Source of the DNA: an uncultured Acidobacteriota bacterium
GTDB taxonomy: Bacteria > Acidobacteriota > Thermoanaerobaculia > Multivoradales > UBA5704
Direction of reading: 5' to 3'
Length of the DNA stretch: 64,000 nucleotides
Assembly (NCBI GenBank): GCA_963700145.1
Contig: OY969474.1
Location: forward strand, 2,688,001 to 2,752,000
The position numbers were made by a program, and so were the translations under genes. Below are positions 10,188 to 20,121 of the stretch, piece after piece; position 1 is the stretch's first letter; the number at the start of each line of letters is the position of its first letter. The notes below the pieces were generated by a model, which was not told where the DNA came from, made no database searches, and saw only the letters and a program-made list of their open reading frames with translations.

Positions 10188-12089
10188 TTACCCGGCCGCC
10201 TGCTCCTCGGCCTCGACCATCGCCCCCGCCAGCTCCTGCTCCCGGTACTGCAGCAGGTACAGCCGGTAGTAGATCCCCCGCGCCGCCAGCAGCTCCTGGT
10301 GGGTGCCCTGCTCGCGCAGCTCGCCCTTGTGCAGGACGAGGATGCGGTCGGCGCGGCGCACGGTCGAGAGGCGGTGGGCGATGACCAGGCTGGTGCGCCC
10401 GACGAGGAGCCGCGCCAGCGCCTTCTGGATGCGCTGCTCCGTCTCGGTGTCGATCGAGGAGGTGGCCTCGTCGAGGATCAGGATGCGCGGGTCGAAGGCC
10501 AGCGCGCGGGCGAAGGCGATGAGCTGCTTCTGCCCGACCGACAGCCCGGCGCCGCGCTCGCGCACCGTCGACTCCAGGCCGCCCGGGATGCGCTCGATGA
10601 ACTCCAGCGCGTGCACCTCCTCGGCCGCCCAGCGCAGGCGCGCGTCGTCGATCGCCTCCTCGCCGAGCCGGATGTTGCCGGCGATCGTGCCGGAGAAGAG
10701 GAAGACGTCCTGGAGGACCAGCCCGACGCCGCGGCGCAGGCGCTCGAGGTCCCACTCGCGCACGTCCACGCCGTCCACCCGCACGGCGCCCGTCGTCACG
10801 TCGTAGAAGCGGAGGATCAAGTTGGCGAGCGTGCTCTTGCCGGCGCCGGTGTGGCCGACCACCGCCACCGTCTCCCCCGGCTCGACCTTGAAGGAGATGC
10901 CGTGCACCACCGGCTCCTCCGGCCGGTAGCCGAAGTGGACGCGGTCGAAGTCGATGGCGCCGCGCACCTGCTCCGGGCGGTAGGGCTCGGGCGGCGCGGC
11001 GATCGTCACCGGCGTGTCGAGGACGCGGAAGAGCCGCTCCGAGGAGGCCATCGCCGACTGCAGGATGTTGTACTTCTCCGACAGATCGGCGAGCGGCTGG
11101 TAGAAGCGCTGCGCGTACTGCAGGAAGGCGATCAAGGCGCCGACCGACACTGTCCCGGCCAGCACCTCGCCGCCGCCGTACCAGAGGATGATGCCGAGCC
11201 CGAGGACGGTGATCAGCTCGACGCCGGGGTAGAAGACCGCGTAGTAGAAGATCGCCCGCACGTTGGCGTCGCGGTGCTCGTCGTTGACGCGCGCGAAGTC
11301 CGAGAAGGCGCGCGCCTGGCGGTTGAAGAGCTGCACCACCGGCATGCCGGTGACGTGCTCCTGGAGGAAGGCGTTGATGCGGGCGATCTTGACCCGCACC
11401 TCGCGGAAGCTGTCGCGCGCCCGCAGCTTGAACCAGAAGGTCAGCACGAGCAGCAGCGGCAGGATCGAGAAGGCCGCGAGCGCCAGCCGCCAGTCGAGCC
11501 AGAAGAGGACGCCGACGATGCCGGTCAGGAGCAGGATGTCGCCGACCACCGAGACGATGCCGGCGGTGAACAGCTCGTTGAGGGCGTCGACGTCGGTGGT
11601 GACACGGGTGACCAGCCGCCCCACCGGGTTGCGGTCGAAGTAGGCCACCGGCAGCCGCTGCAGGTGCCCGAAGACCTCGCGCCGCAGGTCCTTCATGATG
11701 AGCTGCCCCATCGTCTGGAGCAGCACGCCCTGGAAGTAGAGGACCGCGAAGGTGGCGAGCAGCACGACGAGGTAGAGGAGCGCCATGCCGGCGATCCCCT
11801 CGGCCGGCGTCGGGCTCAAGTCCCACGCGGCGAGGAGCCGCCGCGCCGCGTCGCTCGCCGGCGAAGTCCGCGCCCCGGCCCCGCCCGGTCGCACGAAGAG
11901 ATCGAGCGTGACGGCGGTGAGCAGCGGCCCGGCGAGCTGCAGCAACGACGAGGCCAGGATCGACAGCAGCGCCAGCGCCGTCATCCCGCGGTAGGGCCGC
12001 AGATACCCCACCAACCGCCGCATCAACCGCGCGTCGTACGCCTTGCCGAGGACCTCCTCCTCGTGCTGAGAAGCGATAGGCTCCGCCAC
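10188..12089 (-). CDS. ABC exporter, fused permease/ATP-binding (MsbA/MdlB-like)
   Basis: TM region, [33 protein letters not shown] start at 12089 lies 7 nt after a TATCGT -10-like box. Confidence 0.9.
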   Translation of the reverse strand: MAEPIASQHEEEVLGKAYDARLMRRLVGYLRPYRGMTALALLSILASSLLQLAGPLLTAVTLDLFVRPGGAGARTSPASDAARRLLAAWDLSPTPAEGIAGMALLYLVVLLATFAVLYFQGVLLQTMGQLIMKDLRREVFGHLQRLPVAYFDRNPVGRLVTRVTTDVDALNELFTAGIVSVVGDILLLTGIVGVLFWLDWRLALAAFSILPLLLVLTFWFKLRARDSFREVRVKIARINAFLQEHVTGMPVVQLFNRQARAFSDFARVNDEHRDANVRAIFYYAVFYPGVELITVLGLGIILWYGGGEVLAGTVSVGALIAFLQYAQRFYQPLADLSEKYNILQSAMASSERLFRVLDTPVTIAAPPEPYRPEQVRGAIDFDRVHFGYRPEEPVVHGISFKVEPGETVAVVGHTGAGKSTLANLILRFYDVTTGAVRVDGVDVREWDLERLRRGVGLVLQDVFLFSGTIAGNIRLGEEAIDDARLRWAAEEVHALEFIERIPGGLESTVRERGAGLSVGQKQLIAFARALAFDPRILILDEATSSIDTETEQRIQKALARLLVGRTSLVIAHRLSTVRRADRILVLHKGELREQGTHQELLAARGIYYRLYLLQYREQELAGAMVEAEEQAAG

Positions 12090-12122
12090 GCCATGGACGA
12101 TAGCAGGGAGGGCGGGCACTCC

Positions 12123-12398
12123 ATGCCCAATTTCGGGCCGATCGTGGAAGCGCCCCGCCCGCTGCGGCACCTCTTCGGCGCCGTCGTTTCCCTGAGCCTC
12201 GCGGCCTTCTTCACCTGGGCCTTCTACATCCGCTATTGGGAATGGAGAGAGTGCATCGCGCAGGCCCTCTCGAGCTGCGCGGAGCCGGAGGCCGGCAACC
12301 CCACAACTGCCGGCGCGTTCTGGGCGGTCCCCGCCGTCCTCTTCGCCGTGCTCGGCGTGCGCTTCATCTATTTATGGCGTCGGAGGCGCACCCCATGA
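12123..12398 (+). CDS. Small two-TM membrane protein
   Basis: Two hydrophobic helices, GGGAGG upstream, ATGA overlap with the DinB gene. Confidence 0.55.
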   Translation: MPNFGPIVEAPRPLRHLFGAVVSLSLAAFFTWAFYIRYWEWRECIAQALSSCAEPEAGNPTTAGAFWAVPAVLFAVLGVRFIYLWRRRRTP

Positions 12399-12916
12399 AG
12401 GGCCGGCCGGGGCGTGACGAGGCCGCGCCGTACTACTTCACCTACATCGACCGGGTCGAGAGCGACGACGTCCTCGGCGTGCTGGCGGCGCAGCTCGACG
12501 AGATCCCCGCCTTCCTCGCCGGGATCGGCGAGGAGAAGTCCCTCTACCGCTATGCGCCCGAGAAGTGGAGCATCCGCCAGGTGCTCAACCACGTGAACGA
12601 CACCGAGCGGGTGTTCCTCTTCCGCGCCCTCTGGTTCGCCCGCGGCTTCGCCGACCCGCTGCCGAGCTTCGACGAGAAGGTCGCCGCCGCCGCCGCGCCG
12701 TCGGACGAGGTCTCCTGGGCGCGCCACGTCGAGGAGCTCCGCACGGCGCGCCAGGCGACCCTCTCCTTCTTCCGCAACCTGCCAGCCGAAGCCTGGATGC
12801 GGCGCGGCATCGCCAGCGGCAATCCCTTCACCGTCAGGTCCTCGGCCTACATCCTGGCCGGCCACGCCGCGCACCACGTGGCGATCCTCGGCGAGCGGTA
12901 TCTGAGCCCTCGTTGA
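12395..12916 (+). CDS. DinB/YfiT family protein
   Basis: YRYAPEKWSIRQVLNHVNDTERVF and GHAAHH metal-binding motifs. Confidence 0.85.
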   Translation: MKGRPGRDEAAPYYFTYIDRVESDDVLGVLAAQLDEIPAFLAGIGEEKSLYRYAPEKWSIRQVLNHVNDTERVFLFRALWFARGFADPLPSFDEKVAAAAAPSDEVSWARHVEELRTARQATLSFFRNLPAEAWMRRGIASGNPFTVRSSAYILAGHAAHHVAILGERYLSPR

Positions 12917-12954
12917 CCAGACTGGCACTGCGGCTATACTTCGGATAGCCGCAG
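12913..12954 (+). promoter_or_regulatory. Sigma70-like promoter of mazEF with an overlapping inverted repeat (probable antitoxin operator)
   Basis: TTGACC (12913) - 16 nt - TATACT (12935). The IR CTGCGGCTAT-N7-ATAGCCGCAG (12928-12954) covers the -10 box. Confidence 0.6.
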
Positions 12955-12968
12955 GAGGCGACATCATC

Positions 12969-13217
12969 ATGATCACCAAGGTCCAGAAATGGGGCAACAG
13001 CCAAGGGCTCCGGCTGAGCAAGGAGCTGCTGGGTGGCGCCGCGATCGACGTGGGGGACGCGGTCGAGGTGGTGGTGCGCGAGGGCACGCTCGTCGTGACG
13101 CCGGTTCGCCGCGTTCGCGGCGGGCACGACTTGCGCGAGCTGGTGCGCCGCATTCCCAAGGGCTACGAGCCGGAGGAAGTGAGCTGGGGTCCGCCCGTCG
13201 GCCGAGAGGTCTGGTAG
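12969..13217 (+). CDS. mazE: AbrB/MazE antitoxin
   Basis: KVQKWGNSQGLRL and C-terminal WGPPVGREVW. Confidence 0.9.
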   Translation: MITKVQKWGNSQGLRLSKELLGGAAIDVGDAVEVVVREGTLVVTPVRRVRGGHDLRELVRRIPKGYEPEEVSWGPPVGREVW

Positions 13218-13553
13218 GTGGCGGAGTACGTGCCGCGAAAGGGCGACCTCGTCGCCCTCACCTTCGACCCTCAATCAGGTCACGAGCAACGCGGGCGCCG
13301 GCCGGCGCTCGTGGTCAGCAACGACCTCTTCAACAAGCACACCGGGCTCTGCATCGTCTGCCCCATCACCAACACCCGCCGTGACTACCCTTTCCACCTG
13401 TCGATGCCTGAGGACGGGGACGTCACCGGCTTCGTCATGGTCGAGCAGGTCAAGTCGATCGACTTCCGCTCGCGGCGAGCGCAGCGCATCGGAAAGGCGT
13501 CCGAAGAGGTCCTGGAAGAAGCACTCTCGATCCTCGACGCGTGCCTCTACTGA
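13218..13553 (+). CDS. mazF: MazF/PemK endoribonuclease toxin
   Basis: FDPQSGHEQRGRRPALVVS, CPIT, EQVKSID. Confidence 0.92.
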   Translation: MAEYVPRKGDLVALTFDPQSGHEQRGRRPALVVSNDLFNKHTGLCIVCPITNTRRDYPFHLSMPEDGDVTGFVMVEQVKSIDFRSRRAQRIGKASEEVLEEALSILDACLY

Positions 13554-13561
13554 GCTCCCCG

Positions 13562-14095
13562 ATGAGCGTGCAAGCTGATCCTCTCCTCATGGTGCTGGAG
13601 GACGCCGCGCGCTCGGATGCGGTGAGCGTCCGGGTCGCTGAGGTGTTGGAGCGGGTGCAGCGGGAGCTCGCCGCCGGTGACGCGGTGATGGCTTGGGAGA
13701 CCGTCCCGCTCGCCATCTTCGACCGCCCGCTCCCCGACACCATCCGGTCGTGCTGGGTGTTCGTCATCCGCGCCGGCGCGGAGACCGGCGCCGAGCGGCA
13801 TCCGAACAGCCACCAGCGGTCGTTGTCGCTGGCGGGGTCGGGAGAGTTTCAGCTTCGCCAGGGAGCCAATTGGGAGCCGCACCCGTTGGTCAGCGACCCG
13901 GCCGCTCCACCGGAGCGGCGATGGGTGTCGATTCCCCCGAGCACCTGGCACCGGCTCTTCGTCGGCGCCGAGAGCTGGGGGATGCTCTCGTTCCACACCG
14001 TGCCGGCGGAGGACCTGATCGAGGAAGTGCCGATCGGCCCCGACGGCCTCGACGGCGGCCCGACCGAGCGGCATCGCTATCAGGCGCAGGGCTGA
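13562..14095 (+). CDS. Cupin-like hypothetical protein
   Basis: ERHPNSHQ and IPPSTWH cupin-like motifs; GC3-biased frame. Confidence 0.55.
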   Translation: MSVQADPLLMVLEDAARSDAVSVRVAEVLERVQRELAAGDAVMAWETVPLAIFDRPLPDTIRSCWVFVIRAGAETGAERHPNSHQRSLSLAGSGEFQLRQGANWEPHPLVSDPAAPPERRWVSIPPSTWHRLFVGAESWGMLSFHTVPAEDLIEEVPIGPDGLDGGPTERHRYQAQG

Positions 14096-14131
14096 CCGGT
14101 ATAACCCCACGCCCGATTGAAGGGAATCGAC

Positions 14132-14536
14132 ATGGACGACCAACCCACCTGCGGCAAGGGCCTGGCGGAGCACTCGGTGCTGCCGGGGAGGATGGGGGAG
14201 GTGATCGACGCGCTGGCCGAGAACCTCGAGGTGCACATGGGGGCGCTCGATCTGACGGACGAGAATTCGCGGCGGGAGCGCGACGCCTACGCGGCGCTGG
14301 CGGCGGAGCATCGGGAGATCGCCGGGCGGCTGCGGGCGGTCGCCGGGAGGATGGCGGGGTACCGCGACCTGCCGATGGGGCGGCACGACTGGCAGGCGCT
14401 GGCCCGCCCGGAGGTCCGCGCGGCCTTCGGGAGGCTCGTGGCGCGCGAGGGGGAGCTTCTGGCGCTGCTTCAGGAGAGCGTCGAGCGCCACGGGAAGATG
14501 CTGGCGGGGATGGGGGCGCATCCCGGGTCTCCATAA
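14132..14536 (+). CDS. Hypothetical helical protein
   Basis: AAGGGA RBS and good codon usage (MDDQPTCGKGLAEHS...). Confidence 0.6.
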   Translation: MDDQPTCGKGLAEHSVLPGRMGEVIDALAENLEVHMGALDLTDENSRRERDAYAALAAEHREIAGRLRAVAGRMAGYRDLPMGRHDWQALARPEVRAAFGRLVAREGELLALLQESVERHGKMLAGMGAHPGSP

Positions 14537-14767
14537 TTGTCGCCTCCGGCCAAGAAATTGTTTCCTCCGGGCCGGAGGATGTTTCCTCTGTCCTAAAGGA
14601 TGTTTCCTCTGTCTCAGAGGATGTTTCCTCCGGTCCTTAAATTGTTTCCTCCGGTCCGAAGGAAGTCTCCTTTGGTCCGAGAATTGTTTCCTCCGGTCCG
14701 GAAATTGTATCCTCTGTCCTAGGAAATGTTTCCTCGGAGCCAGAGGATGTTTCCTCTGGGCTCGATA
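14537..14767. repeat. Tandem array of 11 x 21-bp imperfect palindromic units
   Basis: Units start at 14537, 14558, 14579, 14600, 14621, 14642, 14663, 14684, 14705, 14726 and 14747. Consensus WTGTTTCCTCYGKNCCNRARR; AT-richer than the flanks. Confidence 0.9.
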
Positions 14768-14788
14768 CAACATCTCCAGGAGGCCGCG

Positions 14789-15160
14789 ATGCCCGAGAAG
14801 TCGTTGGCGGACAAGCTTTTGCTGTGGGGGACGCTGGGCGAGGGCATGAAGTCCCGCCCGGAGGAGCTCGCCTACCTCGAGGAGCAGCGGCGGGAGCTGG
14901 TCGCCCGGCTCGAGCAGGTCGAGGCGCTGATGACCGAGCAGAACGCCTACGAGGCCCGCCTGCGCGAGACGACGCGGCAGCGGATCGAGGCCGAGGCCCA
15001 GGCCGACGAGCTGTGCAGCCGCCTGACCGGCGCGCTCAAGGCGCGGTACGGCAAGCGCAACCCGGTCCTGCACGAGTTCGGGATCCGTCCCAACGAGCGG
15101 CCCGGGCCGCGGGGGAGGCGCGAAGAGGAGCCGCCGCCCGCCGAGGAGCCGGCCACCTAG
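14789..15160 (+). CDS. Small coiled-coil hypothetical protein
   Basis: AGGAGG RBS then ATG (MPEKSLAD...). Long helical region, C-terminal YGKRNPVLHEFGIRP and a Pro/Glu tail. Confidence 0.75.
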   Translation: MPEKSLADKLLLWGTLGEGMKSRPEELAYLEEQRRELVARLEQVEALMTEQNAYEARLRETTRQRIEAEAQADELCSRLTGALKARYGKRNPVLHEFGIRPNERPGPRGRREEEPPPAEEPAT

Positions 15161-15244
15161 CCTGAAACGCTTCGCGGCCAACCGCCACCTCCAACCAAAC
15201 AGCTCGATCCCCGCTCAAGGGTGCCGCGAGCATGGAGGTGACTC

Positions 15245-18200
15245 ATGCGACGAAGTCGGAGGCTTTTCGACCGCAGTCTGTTCGTCCTCGTTCTGTTCGC
15301 CCTGCCGGTTCCCGCCCTCGCCTGGAAGCCGTACACCCACAACACCTCGGCGTTCGAGGCCTACAGCGACGCGACCGACGGCACCATCACCATCAACGGC
15401 CGCGACTACCCGGTGCTGGCGACCGACCTGGTGACGGCCCTGCAGCTGTACCCGCAGTTCTACAACGCCGGCGTCATCGGCCCCGACGGCTTCCCCGACC
15501 TGACCTACGGCCAGTCGGTGATCCACCCCGGCTCGTCCATGCCCGGGGCGGGGCACACCGGCGCCTGGCTGCGGCTCCTGCTCGCCGCCGCGCAGCAGGC
15601 GCGGGCGGGCAACGACCCGCAGAAGCTGCAGATCCTCGCCTTCACCTACGGCTTCTTGACCCACGCCGCCGGCGACCTCTGGGGGCACACCTTCATCAAC
15701 GACTTCGCGCGCGGCGTCTTTCCCGGGGTGGGCGAGATCCTCACCGACACCGACGACGCGGGCATCGCGCTGCGGCACATCGTCGCCGAGGGCTACGTCG
15801 GCGACGCCACGCCGAACTTCGACGGCGACCGCGACGCGCGGACGCCGGCGCCACGGCCCCCCTACGTCGCCGCGCTCTGCCCGGCGGGCGACCTCGGCTG
15901 CGACGTCAGCGACGACAGCACGCCGGGCATGAGCTACGACGCCCCGCACGCCTTCATCTACGACACGCTGATCGACAACGCCGGCACCCCCGCCTCGGGG
16001 CGCGGGCCGCTCATCGACTTCTTCCTCGAGCTGCGGGCGGACCTCGAGGCCTTCCGCGCCTCCGACCCCGACCCCGTCGGCGACGCCCTCGCCGCCTTCG
16101 ACGACCTGGAGGAGGCGCTCGACCAGGTCGAGAGCGACTGCAACTTCTCGTCGGTGGACGATGCCATCCATGACGCCGTCGCCTGCCCGATCGCCCTCGC
16201 CGAGTTCGGCTTCGACGTGGCGATCGACAGCGCCAGTGCCTTCGCGGCCTTCGCCAGCGGCGCCCTCGAGGAGCTGGCGCAGGCGGTGCTCGACGCCTAC
16301 ATCGCGGCCTGGATCGACGACATCACCGCCGGCCTGCAGCGCTGGAGCGAGCTGGGCCTCGCCCTGAGCAAGGCGCTCTTCGACCCGGACACCCGGCGGG
16401 CGCTGCAGAACGACGACTGCGCCTCCCTCGGCGACGAGGACGGGATCCTGCGCGCCAACTGCGAGGACGCCAAGGGGATGCTGGACGTCGTCCTCGACTC
16501 GATCAACCCGTTCATCAACGCCCACCTGCTCAGCATGATGGGCTTCCCTGACCTGGTCGGCGACATCAAGGCGGCGGTCGAGGAGATCCTCGCCGTCGTC
16601 GACGACATCATGGCCACGGTGCTCGGGCCGTTCAACCCGATCCGCGCCGGGCTGGCCACCGTCACCGAGTTCATCAAGGACGGGATCAAGGCGGCGATCA
16701 GCGAGGTGCTGGGGGTCGACATCGACGCCCTGCAGAGCTTCCTCACCGAGCCCAGCCGCTGGGTCTGCCTCGACAGCACGGTCTTCGACTTCCCGCAGCC
16801 TCTCGGCCAGCAGACGGTCAGCCTCTTCCCCGCCGGCGAGCACGACCGGCTCGACGGCCTGCTGTCGCTGCCGGCCGGCCACCACGTCCCCGAGCCCAGC
16901 CTGCCGGACGGCTGCGGCCGCCTCGAGGACGACGCCGAGCTCAGCTTCGCCAGCATGGCGGCGCTGCGCAACACCGTCACCACCGCCAAGCTCCTGCTGC
17001 TCGACGGGCCGGAGCTCAACCAGGTGCTGAGCGATCTGCTGCGCGGCCGCACGATCGGCCAGTACGGCGCCGGGACCAACCTCATGGTGCAGGCGCTGAC
17101 CCAGAGCGACGAGTGGCTGCGCTCGATCGACGGCGACCACGCCTGGCGGGAGGACGGCCTGCCGCGCTTCTGCGACCAGGGGGGCGACTGCCCCGGCGAC
17201 GCCGAGACACGCTCGGCGGAGCTCAACGGCGGCGCCGGCAACTTCCCGCTCTGGGAGAGCTGCGTCCTGCGTCCCGCCTTCCGGCAGCTCTTCGTCGACT
17301 GGGAAGGGGACGGCTTCCCCGACCTCGAGGACGAGGTCTCCGCCGACTCGCTCAACGACCCGCAGGCGCCGGCGAGCACGCTCGCGCTCTCCGGCACCAG
17401 CTTCCCCCCCGGCGCCGACGGCTCCGGCGTGCGCACCTACGTCGCCGCCGACCACCTGCTGACGCAGTCGGCGCACGACGCGCCGGCGGGGCTCGCCTAC
17501 CAGGACGACGAGCTGGCGCTGCGCCGCCGGGTCTATGCCAACAACATGCCGCCGGGCGCCTTCGCGGCGGTGAGCCAGAACAGCACCTTCACCCTCGCGG
17601 GAGCGGACGGCGTCTACGTCGTCGAGTACCAGTCCGCCGACAACTGCCACGGCTTCGACGACCAGCCCGCCGACTCCGAGGGCCTGCAGACGCGGACCTA
17701 CACCCTCGACACGGCGCCGCCGGTCGTCACCTGCAAGACCCCGCCCTTCGCCCTGGAGTGGGACACCGACGACGCGCCGCCGGTCGACTACGACATCGAC
17801 GACGGCATCGACGGCTCCGGCATCGCCAGCGAGTCCTCGACCGTCGACGGCTACCAGGGCCTGCCCGGGGTGGTGCCCACCGCCGACGGGGCGACGATGG
17901 ACCTCTTCTTCTTCTATCCCGGGACGCGGCGGGTGGTCGTCTCCTCCGCCGACAACCTGGGCAACGCCGGCGTCACCACCTGCAGCTTCGAGCTGCACGC
18001 CACGCCGGGGAGCCTGCTCGCCAACGTCAACCGGGCCGAGACGCTCGGCCTGATCGCCAACCACGGCGTCGCCCAGTCGCTGCGGCAGAAGCTGGAGCAG
18101 GTCCAGCGGCTGCACGGGCGAGAGCAGCACGCGACCGAGCACAACGTGCTCCGGGCCTTCGTCAACGAGCTCCTGGCGCAGCGCGGCAAGAAGGTGGACG

Positions 18201-18259
18201 CCTCGACCGCCGACCGGTTCATCGCCTTCGCGCTCGACCGCATTTCTCTGGGGAGATAA
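15245..18259 (+). CDS. Secreted zinc-dependent phospholipase C / S1-P1-like domain protein with Ig-like and FIMAH-like C-terminal domains
   Basis: Signal peptide ending ALA, mature start WKPYTH, GVIGPDGFPD, GFLTHAAGDLWGH, HIVAEGY. C-terminal LDTAPP Ig linker and helical tail. GGAGG RBS. Confidence 0.7.
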   Translation: MRRSRRLFDRSLFVLVLFALPVPALAWKPYTHNTSAFEAYSDATDGTITINGRDYPVLATDLVTALQLYPQFYNAGVIGPDGFPDLTYGQSVIHPGSSMPGAGHTGAWLRLLLAAAQQARAGNDPQKLQILAFTYGFLTHAAGDLWGHTFINDFARGVFPGVGEILTDTDDAGIALRHIVAEGYVGDATPNFDGDRDARTPAPRPPYVAALCPAGDLGCDVSDDSTPGMSYDAPHAFIYDTLIDNAGTPASGRGPLIDFFLELRADLEAFRASDPDPVGDALAAFDDLEEALDQVESDCNFSSVDDAIHDAVACPIALAEFGFDVAIDSASAFAAFASGALEELAQAVLDAYIAAWIDDITAGLQRWSELGLALSKALFDPDTRRALQNDDCASLGDEDGILRANCEDAKGMLDVVLDSINPFINAHLLSMMGFPDLVGDIKAAVEEILAVVDDIMATVLGPFNPIRAGLATVTEFIKDGIKAAISEVLGVDIDALQSFLTEPSRWVCLDSTVFDFPQPLGQQTVSLFPAGEHDRLDGLLSLPAGHHVPEPSLPDGCGRLEDDAELSFASMAALRNTVTTAKLLLLDGPELNQVLSDLLRGRTIGQYGAGTNLMVQALTQSDEWLRSIDGDHAWREDGLPRFCDQGGDCPGDAETRSAELNGGAGNFPLWESCVLRPAFRQLFVDWEGDGFPDLEDEVSADSLNDPQAPASTLALSGTSFPPGADGSGVRTYVAADHLLTQSAHDAPAGLAYQDDELALRRRVYANNMPPGAFAAVSQNSTFTLAGADGVYVVEYQSADNCHGFDDQPADSEGLQTRTYTLDTAPPVVTCKTPPFALEWDTDDAPPVDYDIDDGIDGSGIASESSTVDGYQGLPGVVPTADGATMDLFFFYPGTRRVVVSSADNLGNAGVTTCSFELHATPGSLLANVNRAETLGLIANHGVAQSLRQKLEQVQRLHGREQHATEHNVLRAFVNELLAQRGKKVDASTADRFIAFALDRISLGR

Positions 18260-18261
18260 CG

Positions 18262-18837
18262 ATGAGAACCACGATCGCCACGACATTCGCCACTGCCCTG
18301 TTGCTCACCGCGGCGGCCGCCGCCGCGCACCAGCCGGCCGCCGGCGCCGCGGAGCCCGCGGCGAGCAACCCCTGGAAGGAGGCCCGCCGGCCGGCCCTCG
18401 AGGCCTACGACGCCGACGGCGACGGGCGGCTCGACGACGACGAGAAGGAGGCCATGCGCGCCGCCCGCCAGGCGCGGATGGAAGAGGTGAGGGCGCGCGT
18501 CTACGCCCGCTTCGACGCGGACGGCGACGGCGTGCTGGACGACGACGAGAAGGAGGCCCTGCGCGAAGAGCAGCAGGAGCGGAAGGAGGCCCGGGAGGCC
18601 ATCCGCGAGAAGCTCGCGCAGGGCGCCCTCGCCCGCTTCGACGCCGACGGCGACGGCGAGCTCGACGAGACCGAGCGCAAGGCGATGGCGGAGAGCCGCG
18701 CCGCGAGCTCCCGACGGCTCAAGCAGAAGACCCTGGCGCTCTTCGACACCAACGGCGACGGCGTCCTCGACGACACCGAGAAGGCCGCCAAGCGCCAGAA
18801 GGCGAAGAAGGCCCACAAGAGGAAGGGCCGCGGGTAG
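18262..18837 (+). CDS. Secreted EF-hand calcium-binding protein
   Basis: Signal peptide and four DADGDGxLDxxE-type loops. Confidence 0.8.
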   Translation: MRTTIATTFATALLLTAAAAAAHQPAAGAAEPAASNPWKEARRPALEAYDADGDGRLDDDEKEAMRAARQARMEEVRARVYARFDADGDGVLDDDEKEALREEQQERKEAREAIREKLAQGALARFDADGDGELDETERKAMAESRAASSRRLKQKTLALFDTNGDGVLDDTEKAAKRQKAKKAHKRKGRG

Positions 18838-18842
18838 CGGGG

Positions 18843-20039
18843 CTAGAGCGAAGACCAGCCGTAGACCGTCACCCCGCGCCGCCGGAAGCTGCGCTCTCCG
18901 CCGTAGACGAGGGCCGCCGGCGCCGCGGGGTCGCCCACCAGCTTGCGCCAGAAGTCGATCCCCGCGAAGAAGTCGTCTGCCACCGTCTCGGCGGACTTGG
19001 TCTCGACCGCCACCAGCTCCCGCCCCTGCTCCAGCAACGCGTCGATCTCGTGGCCGGTCGAGTCGCGCCAGAAGTAGAGGTCCGGCTCGCGGCCCTGGTG
19101 GAGCGCGTTCTTGAGCAGCTCCGAGAGCACGAAGCTCTCGAAGACCGGGCCGCGGCTGGCGTGGGCGCGGAGGTCGTCGGGGGAGCGGACGCGCAGCAGG
19201 TAGCAGAGCAGGCCGCTGTCGAGGAAGTAGAGCTTGGGAGTCTTGATCAGGCGCTTGCCGAAGTTGGCGTGGTGCGGGCGCAGCAGGAGGACGAGGAAGC
19301 TGGCCTCCAGGATCGACAGCCAGCGGCGGGCGGTGGTGTGGGTGACGCCGCAGTCGTTGGCGAGGGAGACCAGGTTGAGGAGCTGGCCGTTGCGGCCGGC
19401 GCAGAGGCGCACGAAGCGGCCGAACGACTCGAGATCGCCGACGTTGACGATCTCCCGCACGTCGCGCTCGACGTAGGCCTGGTAATAGCCCGCGTACCAG
19501 CCCTGCGGATCGAGACCCTTGTCGTGGATCCGGGGGTAGAAGCCGCGATGGAGGGTTTCCAGCAGGCCGGCGGGGCGCTCGCGGCGGCCGGACGGCAGCT
19601 CGCGCCCGAGCTTCTCGAACGGCAAGGGGCGGCGCCCGTCGAGCTCGGCGAGCGAGAACGGCAGCAGGTGGAAGATCGCGCTCCGCCCGGCGAGCGACTG
19701 GCTGATCGAACGCAGGAGCAGGAAGTTCTGCGACCCGCTGACGACGAAACGCCCGGCCCTGTCCTCCTGGTCGACGATCGTCTGCACGTAGGAGAAAAGG
19801 TCCGGCACCCGCTGCGCCTCGTCGAGGATGACGGGGCCGGCGAACTGTCCGAGAAAGCCACGAGGGTCGTCGCGCGCGAAGGCGCGCACGTCGGGGTCTT
19901 CGAGGGAGGCGTAGTCGTGGTCGGGGAAGGCCGCCCGCACTAGCGTCGTCTTGCCCGACTGGCGGGGGCCGGTGACGGTGACCACGGGGTATTGCCGTGC
20001 GGCCTGCCGCAGGGGGGCTTCCAGGAGACGCCGGATCAT
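18843..20039 (-). CDS. AAA_14 ATPase with DUF4143 domain
   Basis: GPRQSGKTT, ILDEAQ, GFYP, YVERD, PKLYFLDSG, FES, EID..ETK. Confidence 0.88.
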   Translation of the reverse strand: MIRRLLEAPLRQAARQYPVVTVTGPRQSGKTTLVRAAFPDHDYASLEDPDVRAFARDDPRGFLGQFAGPVILDEAQRVPDLFSYVQTIVDQEDRAGRFVVSGSQNFLLLRSISQSLAGRSAIFHLLPFSLAELDGRRPLPFEKLGRELPSGRRERPAGLLETLHRGFYPRIHDKGLDPQGWYAGYYQAYVERDVREIVNVGDLESFGRFVRLCAGRNGQLLNLVSLANDCGVTHTTARRWLSILEASFLVLLLRPHHANFGKRLIKTPKLYFLDSGLLCYLLRVRSPDDLRAHASRGPVFESFVLSELLKNALHQGREPDLYFWRDSTGHEIDALLEQGRELVAVETKSAETVADDFFAGIDFWRKLVGDPAAPAALVYGGERSFRRRGVTVYGWSSL

Positions 20040-20048
20040 GCCTGGTAG

Positions 20049-20069
20049 ATTGAACTCCTGAAGTTCAAT
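20049..20069. promoter_or_regulatory. Palindromic operator-like site upstream of the AAA ATPase
   Basis: ATTGAACT-CCTGA-AGTTCAAT, with a TTGCAA -35-like hexamer next to it on the minus strand. Confidence 0.5.
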
Positions 20070-20121
20070 TTGCAAGCCTACGGAGCGGTCAAGCCGCCCC
20101 TCTCGAGGTCGGAGTCGGGAC

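Noticed and set aside
14537-14767. 21-bp array as a CRISPR
   Set aside because: No unique spacers of CRISPR length, degenerate units, and no cas genes in the window.
13547-15181. 544-aa minus-strand ORF with RKHP/RKQF heptads
   Set aside because: Antisense to three plausible + strand genes, and variation in the repeat is non-synonymous in this frame.
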